Shown here one piece after another: positions 8,926 through 17,236 of a stretch of 33,551 nt of DNA. The DNA is from Candidatus Woesearchaeota archaeon (GTDB taxonomy: Archaea > Nanobdellota > Nanobdellia > Woesearchaeales > ARS49). Location of the stretch: contig JAPLZR010000042.1 of NCBI GenBank assembly GCA_026394935.1, positions 1 to 33,551 on the forward strand, read 5' to 3'. Position 1 is the stretch's first letter; each line of letters begins with the position of its first letter. The translations under genes and the position numbers were made by a program. Below the pieces are notes generated by a model. The model saw only the letters and a program-made list of their open reading frames with translations, had not been told where the DNA came from and searched no databases.

Positions 8926-9459
8926 ATGTTTGAAAAAATAAACTTTGGACCGGGAAAAGTATTCAATAATGACCTTAAAGGAATTAGTGTAAACACTTCA
9001 AATAAAGAATGGTTGAAAAAAGTTTGTGATACGCAGGACCTTTTCATGGTGGATTACCCCGAAGGATATGTAATTCATGTTGGATGGTTTTACAAATCAA
9101 AGCCGGAAAATGGGCGATTTACGGTTTCTTTTTTTAAAAGCCGCAATCTGATAAAGGAGAACTACAATAATAACTTGATGATAAAGAAGAAATGCTGCAG
9201 TACATTAAAATCACTTGATAAGACTGTCAGGAAATTTAATGAGATAATCAAAAAAAGGCTGTCAAAAGATCAGGAATTATATAACAAAGAAAAGCCCACA
9301 ACTTTCAAGGAATTTTTGAAATCAATGGATATGACGCCTGCTATGGGAAGTCCTTTGCTGAAGCACCTGCCTAACAAAAAATTCCTGCCTTTGATTGAAA
9401 AAGAAATGAAGAAAGATATTCAGCCTCACATTCTTACAAATCCTGCTATGAAAAGATAG
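8926..9459 (+). CDS. Hypothetical protein (orphan)
   Basis: 177-aa ATG ORF, Lys/Asn-rich, A-rich coding strand. No motif recognised. Confidence 0.55.
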   Translation: MFEKINFGPGKVFNNDLKGISVNTSNKEWLKKVCDTQDLFMVDYPEGYVIHVGWFYKSKPENGRFTVSFFKSRNLIKENYNNNLMIKKKCCSTLKSLDKTVRKFNEIIKKRLSKDQELYNKEKPTTFKEFLKSMDMTPAMGSPLLKHLPNKKFLPLIEKEMKKDIQPHILTNPAMKR

Positions 9460-9485
9460 ATGAGATTGCTGGCTATGGCACAAAA

Positions 9486-9860
9486 ATGAACGGCAGGGTG
9501 CTTTGGTCTGCTCAGGAAGCCTTGAAAATATTGGAAAAGGAGATATGCTCGCCCAAGGATTTCACTTTATATATTGACAGTAAAAAGAGCTTGGACGAGA
9601 TAAAGGATGCTTTGGTCAAAAAGTTAAAAGCGAGAATTGCGTCTTATCACGCTGTTGAACTGGATGGAAACCGCATCGAGCTGTGGTACGATAGAAACTA
9701 TGACCCTAAAGCTAAAACAAGACAAAGCAAATATCTGGTCACGCTGACGAGAACAGACCTGTCGAGAAGCCTTGATGAACAAAAAAAACTGAAGGCCGAG
9801 CTTGAGGTCTTTTTCAAGAATTTGGGTAAAACCTATTTATCGTCAAGATTATTTTCATAA
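9486..9860 (+). CDS. Hypothetical protein; stand-alone copy of the C-terminal module of the next gene
   Basis: 124-aa ATG ORF that aligns by eye with aa ~345-443 of ORF 9866..11197 (YIDSKKSLDEIK...LDGN..E...KLKAELEVFFKNLGKTYLSSRLF). Confidence 0.6.
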   Translation: MNGRVLWSAQEALKILEKEICSPKDFTLYIDSKKSLDEIKDALVKKLKARIASYHAVELDGNRIELWYDRNYDPKAKTRQSKYLVTLTRTDLSRSLDEQKKLKAELEVFFKNLGKTYLSSRLFS

Positions 9861-9865
9861 CTAAA

Positions 9866-11197
9866 ATGAACATAAAAACAATTGACGGCGTTGAATTGGA
9901 GACTAAAAAAGAAACTTTAGTCTATCGGGGCAAGGAAATCAGGATAGATAAAGATATGCCTGGCGATAAATATGCTTTATCCATTGAAAGGGAATTTGGC
10001 TCTAAACTTAAAACTTGCATTAACTGCAAATATTTTGAATATACGCCTTTAAGCATCGACATGGGCGGGGCGTTTAAAGGTCGTTGTCTTTTCAGGGAAA
10101 AAGCAGCGGAAAAAGCCAGAAAAGCCTGGTTCTTCAAGCCTAAAAATTATGATGAGATGCAGCGTCCTGACTATGGCATAGTTTCTATATTTTTTTGCTG
10201 CGACCATTTTGAATTTGAGCCGTACAGCGAGGAAAAAAAGAAAAATGTCATGGAAAAAGCCGAATCTGTTTTTTTGAGCGGCCAATACCGGGCTGAGAAA
10301 GTCCTGAAAAAAATAGCTATGGCAGTGTGTGTTCTGAGGGAGAACGGGATAGACCGTGATTTACTGCGGAAATTTACTGTTATGCTTAGAAAAAACAGGG
10401 TGGTTCAAAAGCGTAAAATTTCTTCTTTACTTAAAAGGCGTTTGGCAGTGTTGTTTTTGGAATGGTCGGCAAAGCATAAGATTGAATGGTCAGAAGGGAA
10501 TGGAGAGATTTACCTGTTTTTTACTTATATTCATATCGCAGTTGCCAAGTTGCTTAAATTGAATAAGAGCGCCGAGGAAATTGTTTTTGAAATTGCTACA
10601 AAAATCAATATTTACGGCAGGGAGGGCGTGCTTTTCCTGGATGAAGCGATTGAATATTATTCTTTTAGGATGAGTCGTGCCCTGAAGTATCTTCTTCACG
10701 TTGAAGCTTTGGAACTGGCAGGTCTTGACAAAAAAGTTAAAGATGAAAGGCTTTATAGAAAAGGCAGGGACATCATTGAACAAGCTAATGATGAGATGAG
10801 ATTTTTCGGCAGGGAAAGAGTTGCAAGAGCAAAGAAAAGGGACGAAAATCTTCATAATGAACCAAATAATAAGTATATGCCTGCTAGGGATTTCATGTTT
10901 TACCTGGACTCTGAAAAAGAGCGGGATGAAATCAAAAAATTATTGATTGAGGAATTGGGCGCAAAAACAGATGATCGCGGATCTATAACGCTCGATGGTA
11001 ATTATGTCGAGATTAAAAGAAACAAAAAAGATGTGCCTGGAAGCAACATAGTGGTAGAGTATAATTTTGATATTTATGTGATTTGCAGTAATGATGCCAA
11101 TACTCTCAGTCATCAAAGGAAACTGGCGAAGAAGCTTGAAAGATTCTTCAAAAAGATAGGGAAGACTTCTTTGGTTTCAGAATTGTTTATGGACTAA
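9866..11197 (+). CDS. Hypothetical protein with an N-terminal Cys/His cluster and a C-terminal module shared with ORF 9486..9860
   Basis: 443-aa ATG ORF. CINC-x19-C-x36-CC-x-H lies at aa 51-114. The C-terminus reads FYLDSEKERDEIK...LDGNYVE...KLAKKLERFFKKIGKTSLVSELF. Confidence 0.65.
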   Translation: MNIKTIDGVELETKKETLVYRGKEIRIDKDMPGDKYALSIEREFGSKLKTCINCKYFEYTPLSIDMGGAFKGRCLFREKAAEKARKAWFFKPKNYDEMQRPDYGIVSIFFCCDHFEFEPYSEEKKKNVMEKAESVFLSGQYRAEKVLKKIAMAVCVLRENGIDRDLLRKFTVMLRKNRVVQKRKISSLLKRRLAVLFLEWSAKHKIEWSEGNGEIYLFFTYIHIAVAKLLKLNKSAEEIVFEIATKINIYGREGVLFLDEAIEYYSFRMSRALKYLLHVEALELAGLDKKVKDERLYRKGRDIIEQANDEMRFFGRERVARAKKRDENLHNEPNNKYMPARDFMFYLDSEKERDEIKKLLIEELGAKTDDRGSITLDGNYVEIKRNKKDVPGSNIVVEYNFDIYVICSNDANTLSHQRKLAKKLERFFKKIGKTSLVSELFMD

Positions 11198-11226
11198 AGA
11201 ATTTATCATATTTGTTGCAGAACACT

Positions 11227-12066
11227 TTATTGAGTTTTTTTTGATAATCTTTTTCTTGCTTCTGGATTTTCAATGTAGTTTTCTGGTGTTGTGACTTTTT
11301 CTCCACTTCTTTGTTCGAGTTCTTTTCTTGCTATTCCTGCCACTTCGCCTCCTTGTTTGGAGGCAGTTTTGTTTTCTACAAATCCTTGTGCGTTTTTGCC
11401 TTTGGCTATTTTTGTTGTTGATGCCTCGCCGAGCATAGTGAAGATGATTTCCAAATCGTTCATGTGGTCTCTCAGATTCTCGTTTTTTAGTCCTTTGAAA
11501 TTCTTGTATTCTTCAGGAGTCATTCCGAATGTTGCTTTGGATATTTCTGCTGTCAGGATTGCGTATTCCCTGCCCTCGCTTACTCCTCGTTTGCCCCATT
11601 CGTCGGTTAGTTCGTCTCTTATTGCTATTCCTCTGACTCTTTTTTCTATCCAAGCGTCAGAATACCCTTTTGCCCTATAGAGCTCCTTCATTCGTTTTTG
11701 GGCTAATTCTGGATTCTGTATTTCCTCAACGCGTTCATATCCTACTTGGGCAAGCCATTGCTTGAATGGTTCTGCCTTTGGGGATGGTATTGATTGAATG
11801 ATTCTAAACGTATTCTTTGTACTCGCGCAGTCTGTCTCTCTTAATTTGCCATCTTCAGCTGTTAATTTCAACTGTACGATTTTATCGTACGGTTCAAATC
11901 CTTCTTCTGAAAGCTTTTGTTTCAGGTCAGACCAATACCTTTTGGGCAAAGTGCTGGCTTCTAAAGCATTCACTACATCAACAACAGAGAAATACCATTC
12001 ATCATTAAACCAAGTTCTTCTTATCTGTTTTCCCTGAAATACAACTAGGGCGTTATGTGCATCCAT
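11227..12066 (-). CDS. Bro-N domain protein (DinD / phage antirepressor-like)
   Basis: The N-terminus (VVFQGKQIRRTWFNDEWYFSVVDVVNALE...PKRYWSDLKQKL) is typical of Bro-N. A C-terminal helical region (DELTDEWGKRG...LTAEISKATFG) resembles DinD-type proteins. Confidence 0.75.
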   Translation of the reverse strand: MDAHNALVVFQGKQIRRTWFNDEWYFSVVDVVNALEASTLPKRYWSDLKQKLSEEGFEPYDKIVQLKLTAEDGKLRETDCASTKNTFRIIQSIPSPKAEPFKQWLAQVGYERVEEIQNPELAQKRMKELYRAKGYSDAWIEKRVRGIAIRDELTDEWGKRGVSEGREYAILTAEISKATFGMTPEEYKNFKGLKNENLRDHMNDLEIIFTMLGEASTTKIAKGKNAQGFVENKTASKQGGEVAGIARKELEQRSGEKVTTPENYIENPEARKRLSKKTQ

Positions 12067-12179
12067 GATATTTTTCTTCGTGAATTCTGTTTATAAACCT
12101 TGTGCGAGATTGTCCAGTGTCCAGTGACGGGCAAAAGATTAAAAATACTCGTTGTTTATTGCATTAAAAGGTGATATCT

Positions 12180-12719
12180 ATGCCGTATGAACAGAAAAAT
12201 TTTGATTTGCTCGGTATTTTTAGTGATGTTATGCTGAAGAACCATTTTACTTTGTATCAGGGCTATGTTAGCAACGCTAACAAGCTTCTTGACGAACTGA
12301 AGGGAAAGGAAGGTCCTGTTTTTGCTGAACTTAAAAGAAGGTTTGGCTGGGAGTTTAACGGTATGCGCTTGCACGAATTGTATTTTGGAAATATGTCCAA
12401 GAATCCTAAAAGGCTGAATGGCAAACTTTTGAAGCAGATTGAGAAGGACTTCGGCAGTTTTGCTGCTTGGGAGAAGGATTTCAAAGCAACTGGCAGTATG
12501 CGTGGCATCGGCTGGGTTGTCTTATACAACGACAATGGCAAATTGTTTAACTGTTGGGTTAACGAGCATGATGTCGGTCATCTTGCCGGCTGCACTCCGT
12601 TACTGGTGATGGACGTCTTCGAGCACGCTTATTTGACTGATTTTGGCATTAAGAAAGCAGATTACATTGAAGTTTTTATGAAAGTGATTGATTGGGAGGC
12701 TGTATCTAAACGCTTATGA
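12180..12719 (+). CDS. sod: Fe/Mn superoxide dismutase
   Basis: DVFEHAYL (the D-x-W-E-H-A-Y-Y signature) and GWVVL are present, with upstream His candidates (LKNH, RLHELYF). A GGTGAT SD precedes ATG 12180; the track start at 12171 is a GTG inside the SD. Confidence 0.85.
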   Translation: MPYEQKNFDLLGIFSDVMLKNHFTLYQGYVSNANKLLDELKGKEGPVFAELKRRFGWEFNGMRLHELYFGNMSKNPKRLNGKLLKQIEKDFGSFAAWEKDFKATGSMRGIGWVVLYNDNGKLFNCWVNEHDVGHLAGCTPLLVMDVFEHAYLTDFGIKKADYIEVFMKVIDWEAVSKRL

Positions 12720-13237
12720 AATTTGCAGTCGGCTCCAAGAATCCTGTAAAAATTTCTGCAGTTGCTAATGCAGTGAAAAAGGTCTGGCCTGATGCAGATG
12801 TTATTGGTGTTGAGGTTGACCACGGCACTGGCGTTCAGCCGACTTCTAATGAGGCGGGTTTGAAAGGTGCGACTTTGCGTGCAGAATTGTGCTTGAAGCA
12901 GGCTGATTCTGATTTTGGTGTTGGTATTGAGGGTAATACTGAGGAAACAGGGCACGGTATGCTTTTGCAGGGCTGGGTTGTTATTGTTAACAGGCAGGGC
13001 GAGAAGGGTATTGCTAATTGTGGTGGTTTCTTATTGCCTGAAAAGGTTGCTAATGAGGTCAGGAAAGGTCGTGAGCTTGGGCCTGTGATGGACGAACTTG
13101 CTGGTGTGCATAATACCAAGCAGAAGATGGGCAGTACTGGTATTCTGACTAACGGACTTATTTCAAGGACTGATGCTTTTGAGAAGGGCGTTATTTTTGC
13201 TTTGGCGAGATTTTTGAACCCGCAGTACTATAAGTAA
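12716..13237 (+). CDS. yjjX: Inosine/xanthosine triphosphatase (YjjX family NTPase)
   Basis: It aligns along its full length by eye with E. coli YjjX (GSKNPVKISAV, GVGIEGN, GWVVIVN, LGPVMDEL, GILTNGLISR, FALARFLNP). ATGA overlap with the sod stop. Confidence 0.85.
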   Translation: MKFAVGSKNPVKISAVANAVKKVWPDADVIGVEVDHGTGVQPTSNEAGLKGATLRAELCLKQADSDFGVGIEGNTEETGHGMLLQGWVVIVNRQGEKGIANCGGFLLPEKVANEVRKGRELGPVMDELAGVHNTKQKMGSTGILTNGLISRTDAFEKGVIFALARFLNPQYYK

Positions 13238-13344
13238 GACTTATGTGAATGAATGACTATGTTGTAATGTGCTTGTTCTGGTATGAAAATCATTTTAAAA
13301 GGGGTATTTAACGAAGTTCTATATGAAAACTGAGGGGTGGATTG

Positions 13345-14106
13345 ATGAATAAACCGCGGGTTCTTCTTTCATTGGATACTCCTGATGCTTTTGAATTAGT
13401 CAGGGATTTGCCTTTGGACAGCCGAGTTGATGTTTTCCGTGGTGTTTCTTCTGTTGAGAATTGCCCAGCAATTGCAGAGCATCACGCTATTTGGAATAAT
13501 TGGGATGCTATTGTTGCTGATTCTGTTCTGAACCTGGCGTTTCTTTTATCTTCTCACGCTGAACGCCCAGTCATTCCCATATCGCTTCCCCTAATGCAGG
13601 GTTATTGTGCCCTGTCTGTTGGTGATGACCAGTTTCAAAAAGCCGTTGGTTTTGCAGCTGATTTGCTGACGCAAGAGTACAAGCGAGTGGTGCTGTATAC
13701 TGCGCGATCTATCATACACGACCCTCTGCCATTTGCACTGCTTGGTAAGCTTGGTGTTGCGTATTATGTGGATTTGCCGCGCGGTCATGTTAAAAACCCT
13801 AAAGGAGATGAGCTTCCGCTTTTGTTGGAGCCGGCGGGCCATGTTATTGCCAAGCTGGAAGAGCACAAAAGATATGGTCTTGCTTGTTCGCGCAGCATTG
13901 TAAAAAATCATTATATTGCGGTTGTTGACAGTGATGAACATATTGCTCTTCTCGCTGCCAGAGTTATTGCAAGGCATGATCCGGATGTTGCGAAGAAACT
14001 TCAAGCTTATTATGAAGAGCAAAAGGAAAAGTACGAGCCGTTTAGAGCGGTTATTCCGCTTAGAAGTGTAAAACTAGGGGGTGGGATTGATGAGCGACAT
14101 AAGTGA
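13345..14106 (+). CDS. Hypothetical protein; degenerate PurE-like paralog
   Basis: The N-terminal ~85 aa align by eye with the adjacent PurE (RVLLSLDTPD vs AVIFAGSDSD; AIVADSVLNLAFLLSSHAERPVIPISLP vs YIAVAGGTDALSGTASFHSINPVISCPP). The GSxSD and SAHK motifs are lost. The C-terminal ALLAARVIARHDPDVAKKL resembles the PurE C-terminal helix. An SD precedes ATG 13345. Confidence 0.5.
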   Translation: MNKPRVLLSLDTPDAFELVRDLPLDSRVDVFRGVSSVENCPAIAEHHAIWNNWDAIVADSVLNLAFLLSSHAERPVIPISLPLMQGYCALSVGDDQFQKAVGFAADLLTQEYKRVVLYTARSIIHDPLPFALLGKLGVAYYVDLPRGHVKNPKGDELPLLLEPAGHVIAKLEEHKRYGLACSRSIVKNHYIAVVDSDEHIALLAARVIARHDPDVAKKLQAYYEEQKEKYEPFRAVIPLRSVKLGGGIDERHK

Positions 14107-14638
14107 GAGCGTTATATCATATGAAGTTATGGAAGCAATAAAGCAAAATAAGGGTTTTGCTGTTATATTTGCGGGTTCTGACAGCGACAGGCCTCATATC
14201 GACAAGCTGTCTGCAGCATTAAAAGAGTATCAGGTTCCTCATCAGGTAAGAATTTGTTCTGCGCACAAACAACCTGAAGCATTGCAAAAACTTGTTGGGG
14301 CTTATGATTCTATGGGAACACTTGCATACATAGCTGTTGCAGGTGGAACAGATGCTTTGTCAGGCACTGCAAGCTTCCATTCAATAAACCCGGTTATTAG
14401 TTGTCCTCCGGACGCGCCTAATGATACTTGTCTCAGGAATCCTCCTGGAAGCTCGAATGCGTACATACCAAATCCAAAGAACGCTGCAAGGTTTGTGGCG
14501 CAAATGTTTTCGCACTTGCCGGACACGCCTTACAGAAGACTGCTGGAAGCTGAAAAAACTAAAAAAGTTCTGGCTCTTGAAAAAGCCGATGGTGAACTAA
14601 GTAAGTTTCCTTATCAGCCTCAAGAGGTGAAAAAATGA
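14090..14638 (+). CDS. purE: Class II PurE (AIR carboxylase type)
   Basis: Motifs GSDSD, CSAHK and AVAGGTDALSG are present. NPVISCPP closely resembles the AIRc half of animal PAICS (YPVISCPP). An SD (agggggtggg) precedes ATG 14090; the track start is GTG 14081. Confidence 0.85.
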   Translation: MSDISESVISYEVMEAIKQNKGFAVIFAGSDSDRPHIDKLSAALKEYQVPHQVRICSAHKQPEALQKLVGAYDSMGTLAYIAVAGGTDALSGTASFHSINPVISCPPDAPNDTCLRNPPGSSNAYIPNPKNAARFVAQMFSHLPDTPYRRLLEAEKTKKVLALEKADGELSKFPYQPQEVKK

Positions 14639-15789
14639 GTTACCTTAGAACTGTTGAGAAGGGTACGAGTGTTAAATCTTTGGGCATTGTTGAAGAGCCG
14701 ACTCCTACAAAAACTGGAACGTTTGATTTTATTTATCGCAACCAGTATAGTATTCTTGATTGGGGTAAGATGCCTATGCCTGATGGAAAGGTTATGGACA
14801 ACAGTCCTGTTGCTCTTGTTGCTGCTTTTAATCACGAGCATGCCAGAAGGTATAGTGTTCCCACTTGTTATCAGGGTCCTGTTGATGACGCTGGCACTTC
14901 TCATTTGTCGCTTGCATGGTTTAGGGATAATGGCCAGGTTCCGCGCGCTTTGCGCATGCAAATGGTTAATGTTCTTAAGCCTGTTTTTGATGAGAAGACA
15001 AAGAAATGGGATTATTCTGTCTTCAAGAACCCTCCTGTGAACAATTATGTTCATCCTATTGAGTTTATCTGGCGTGCTGAAGCAGGTCCTGACAGCAGTT
15101 TTTGGAAGAATGTTGCCAAGGGTTCTTACAAGCTTATTGATTTTGGTTTGCCTGAAACTTTGAAGCCTGGTGATAATTTTCCTCAGTCTATTTTAGACCA
15201 TTCGAGCAAGTATGAGGATCACGACAGGTATTTTTCTCCTGCTGTTGCTCGCGAGCTTGGTAATTTTAGTAGTGAAAGATGGGAAAATTTGAATCGCTCG
15301 CGCTGGTGGCTTAACAAAATACTTTCTGACCACGCCGAATCTGTTGGACTGAGCAGGCCTGATGGCAAGCAGGAGTTTGTTGTTATGGATGTTAACGGCA
15401 CTCTTGTTGACGTGCTTGGTGATGTTGCAGGCACTTGGCACGAGGACCGTTTTGAGTACACTACTAAAGACGGTAAAATCGTAAAAGTCAGTAAGCAGAC
15501 GCCGAGAGATTTGCACAAGTTGCAGGATCCTGCGTGGGTTAAGCAGTGCGAAGAGGCAAAGGCAAAAGCAGAGAAAGAGGGTCATCCGAACTGGAAGGCT
15601 TTTGTTACTTTGGAGCCGCGTCCTTTGGAGGCTGAATTTTTTGACCATTATAACAATTTGATGTACGCTGCGAGCAATGCCTGGGTTAAATGGAAGGCTT
15701 TTCCGCAGGCGTCTTCGTTGGAAGTGGCTTGTGTTGAGTTTGACGGGTACTTGGCTGATTATAAGGCGAGGTTGCAGAAGAAGGCATAA
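14635..15789 (+). CDS. purC: SAICAR synthetase-like protein (divergent PurC, 384 aa)
   Basis: PIEFIWRAEAG resembles PIEWVCRRIATG of PAICS, and DGKQEFVV...DVLGDVAGTWHEDRF resembles D.K.EFG...ADVI..DSWRLW. ATGA overlap with purE, and an SD (gaggtga) is present. Confidence 0.65.
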   Translation: MSYLRTVEKGTSVKSLGIVEEPTPTKTGTFDFIYRNQYSILDWGKMPMPDGKVMDNSPVALVAAFNHEHARRYSVPTCYQGPVDDAGTSHLSLAWFRDNGQVPRALRMQMVNVLKPVFDEKTKKWDYSVFKNPPVNNYVHPIEFIWRAEAGPDSSFWKNVAKGSYKLIDFGLPETLKPGDNFPQSILDHSSKYEDHDRYFSPAVARELGNFSSERWENLNRSRWWLNKILSDHAESVGLSRPDGKQEFVVMDVNGTLVDVLGDVAGTWHEDRFEYTTKDGKIVKVSKQTPRDLHKLQDPAWVKQCEEAKAKAEKEGHPNWKAFVTLEPRPLEAEFFDHYNNLMYAASNAWVKWKAFPQASSLEVACVEFDGYLADYKARLQKKA

Positions 15790-17226
15790 ATGGCAAGAAA
15801 AACCATTCTTGAGCCTGGCAGGACTTTTCAGGAGTTTTCTATACTGCCGGGTTTTACAAGAGCGGACTGCTCTATACCCAACATCAATCTTGAAACAAGG
15901 CTTGCAGAGAATCTCGTGTTAAGGATTCCTTTGCTCAGTTCTGCGATGATGTCTGTTACTGGTTATGAGATGGCTTTGGCGCTTGGCAAGGAAGGGGGTC
16001 TTGGTGTTCTTCCTGTAAAACTATCAATAGCCGAGCAGTCAGATATTGTTTGCAGCATAAAGAATTATGAGATGGCTTTTGTTGAGGAGCCGATTACTGT
16101 TCGTGAAAATGCGAGTATTGATGAAGCTCTCAGGATTGTTGAACAGCAGGGGCATTCCAAAGTTCCTATTGTCAACAGAAACAATGTCTTTCTTGGCTTG
16201 TTTAATTATAATGAGTATTTGAAAATGCAGGTGTCCCGTAATGAACCCATCACCAAAGCTATGCTAAACGCTGAGAAGGTGCTTCACGTTCAAGAGCCTG
16301 GTTTGACTGTTGTTGCCGCCAGGGAGATTCTTGAGGAGAAGCAGGAGCATTACTTGGTCGTTCTTGATGACCAGCAGCGTCTTGTCAAGTTGGCGTTCAA
16401 GAAGGATGAGGAAAAGATTAAGGTTGGTGTTGCTATTTCTACTCATGAAGGCTGGGAGGAGCGTGCTGAGGCAAATCTTGCTGAGGGTGCTGACTTGATT
16501 GTTATTGACACTTCTGATGCTTTTAATGAATTTACAGGCAACGTTGTCTCTCGGTATAAAGAGATGGAAAGAAGTGTTCCTTTGTGTGCAGGCAATGTTG
16601 TGACGTATGAGGGCGCTATGTATTTGATGGAAAAGGGCGCTGATATGATTAAGGTTGGTATGAGTTCTGGCTCGATTTGTATTACCCAGCGGGAGAAGGC
16701 TGTTGGTCGTGCTCCTATGACTGCTTTGATGAAATGTGACCGTGCAAGGAAGGAATATATGAGAAAAACCAGTCGTTATGTTCCTATCATTGTTGATGGT
16801 GGTGTTGCCTGTCCTGCTGATATGGTGATTGCTCTGTCAATTACTGATGCGGTTATGATGGGCGGCTACTTCAATCGTTTTTTTGAGGCTGCTGGTGAGA
16901 AGATTGATGAGAATGGCAAGCTGACGACCGATGAAAAATCCATGCGCGAGGTTGCTACTTGGGGCGAGGGCTCGTTGAGGGCGATGAATATTGATCGTTA
17001 CAACCAAACTGCCAAGACTTTTTTTGCAGAGGGCGTTGAAGGCACTGTTCCTTACCGCGGCCGCTTGAAGCCTAATCTTAAGCGTGATTTGATGAAGGTT
17101 CGTGCTGCTATGAGCAATGCCGGCTGTTATAATCTTGAACAATTCAGGAAAGAGGCAATTATCGAGCTTAACTCGCCTACTGCAGCATACATTATCGGCA
17201 GTGCTCACGATGTTAAGACTAAATGA
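15790..17226 (+). CDS. guaB: IMP dehydrogenase with a CBS pair
   Basis: Motifs IPLLSSAMMSVT, KEGGLGVL, a CBS-like insert, VIDTSDAF, GNVVTYEGA, catalytic loop GMSSGSICITQ, and IIVDGGV. The start is directly adjacent to the purC stop (taaATG). Confidence 0.85.
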   Translation: MARKTILEPGRTFQEFSILPGFTRADCSIPNINLETRLAENLVLRIPLLSSAMMSVTGYEMALALGKEGGLGVLPVKLSIAEQSDIVCSIKNYEMAFVEEPITVRENASIDEALRIVEQQGHSKVPIVNRNNVFLGLFNYNEYLKMQVSRNEPITKAMLNAEKVLHVQEPGLTVVAAREILEEKQEHYLVVLDDQQRLVKLAFKKDEEKIKVGVAISTHEGWEERAEANLAEGADLIVIDTSDAFNEFTGNVVSRYKEMERSVPLCAGNVVTYEGAMYLMEKGADMIKVGMSSGSICITQREKAVGRAPMTALMKCDRARKEYMRKTSRYVPIIVDGGVACPADMVIALSITDAVMMGGYFNRFFEAAGEKIDENGKLTTDEKSMREVATWGEGSLRAMNIDRYNQTAKTFFAEGVEGTVPYRGRLKPNLKRDLMKVRAAMSNAGCYNLEQFRKEAIIELNSPTAAYIIGSAHDVKTK

Positions 17227-17236
17227 GGTGAAGACT

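Noticed and set aside
17117-17236. Upstream extension of the purA ORF, starting at 17117.
   Set aside because: It overlaps the guaB 3' end by 110 nt and has no AdSS similarity. The conserved N-terminus (MHTAIIGAQWGDEGKGK) starts at ATG 17237, which has a GAGGTGA SD.
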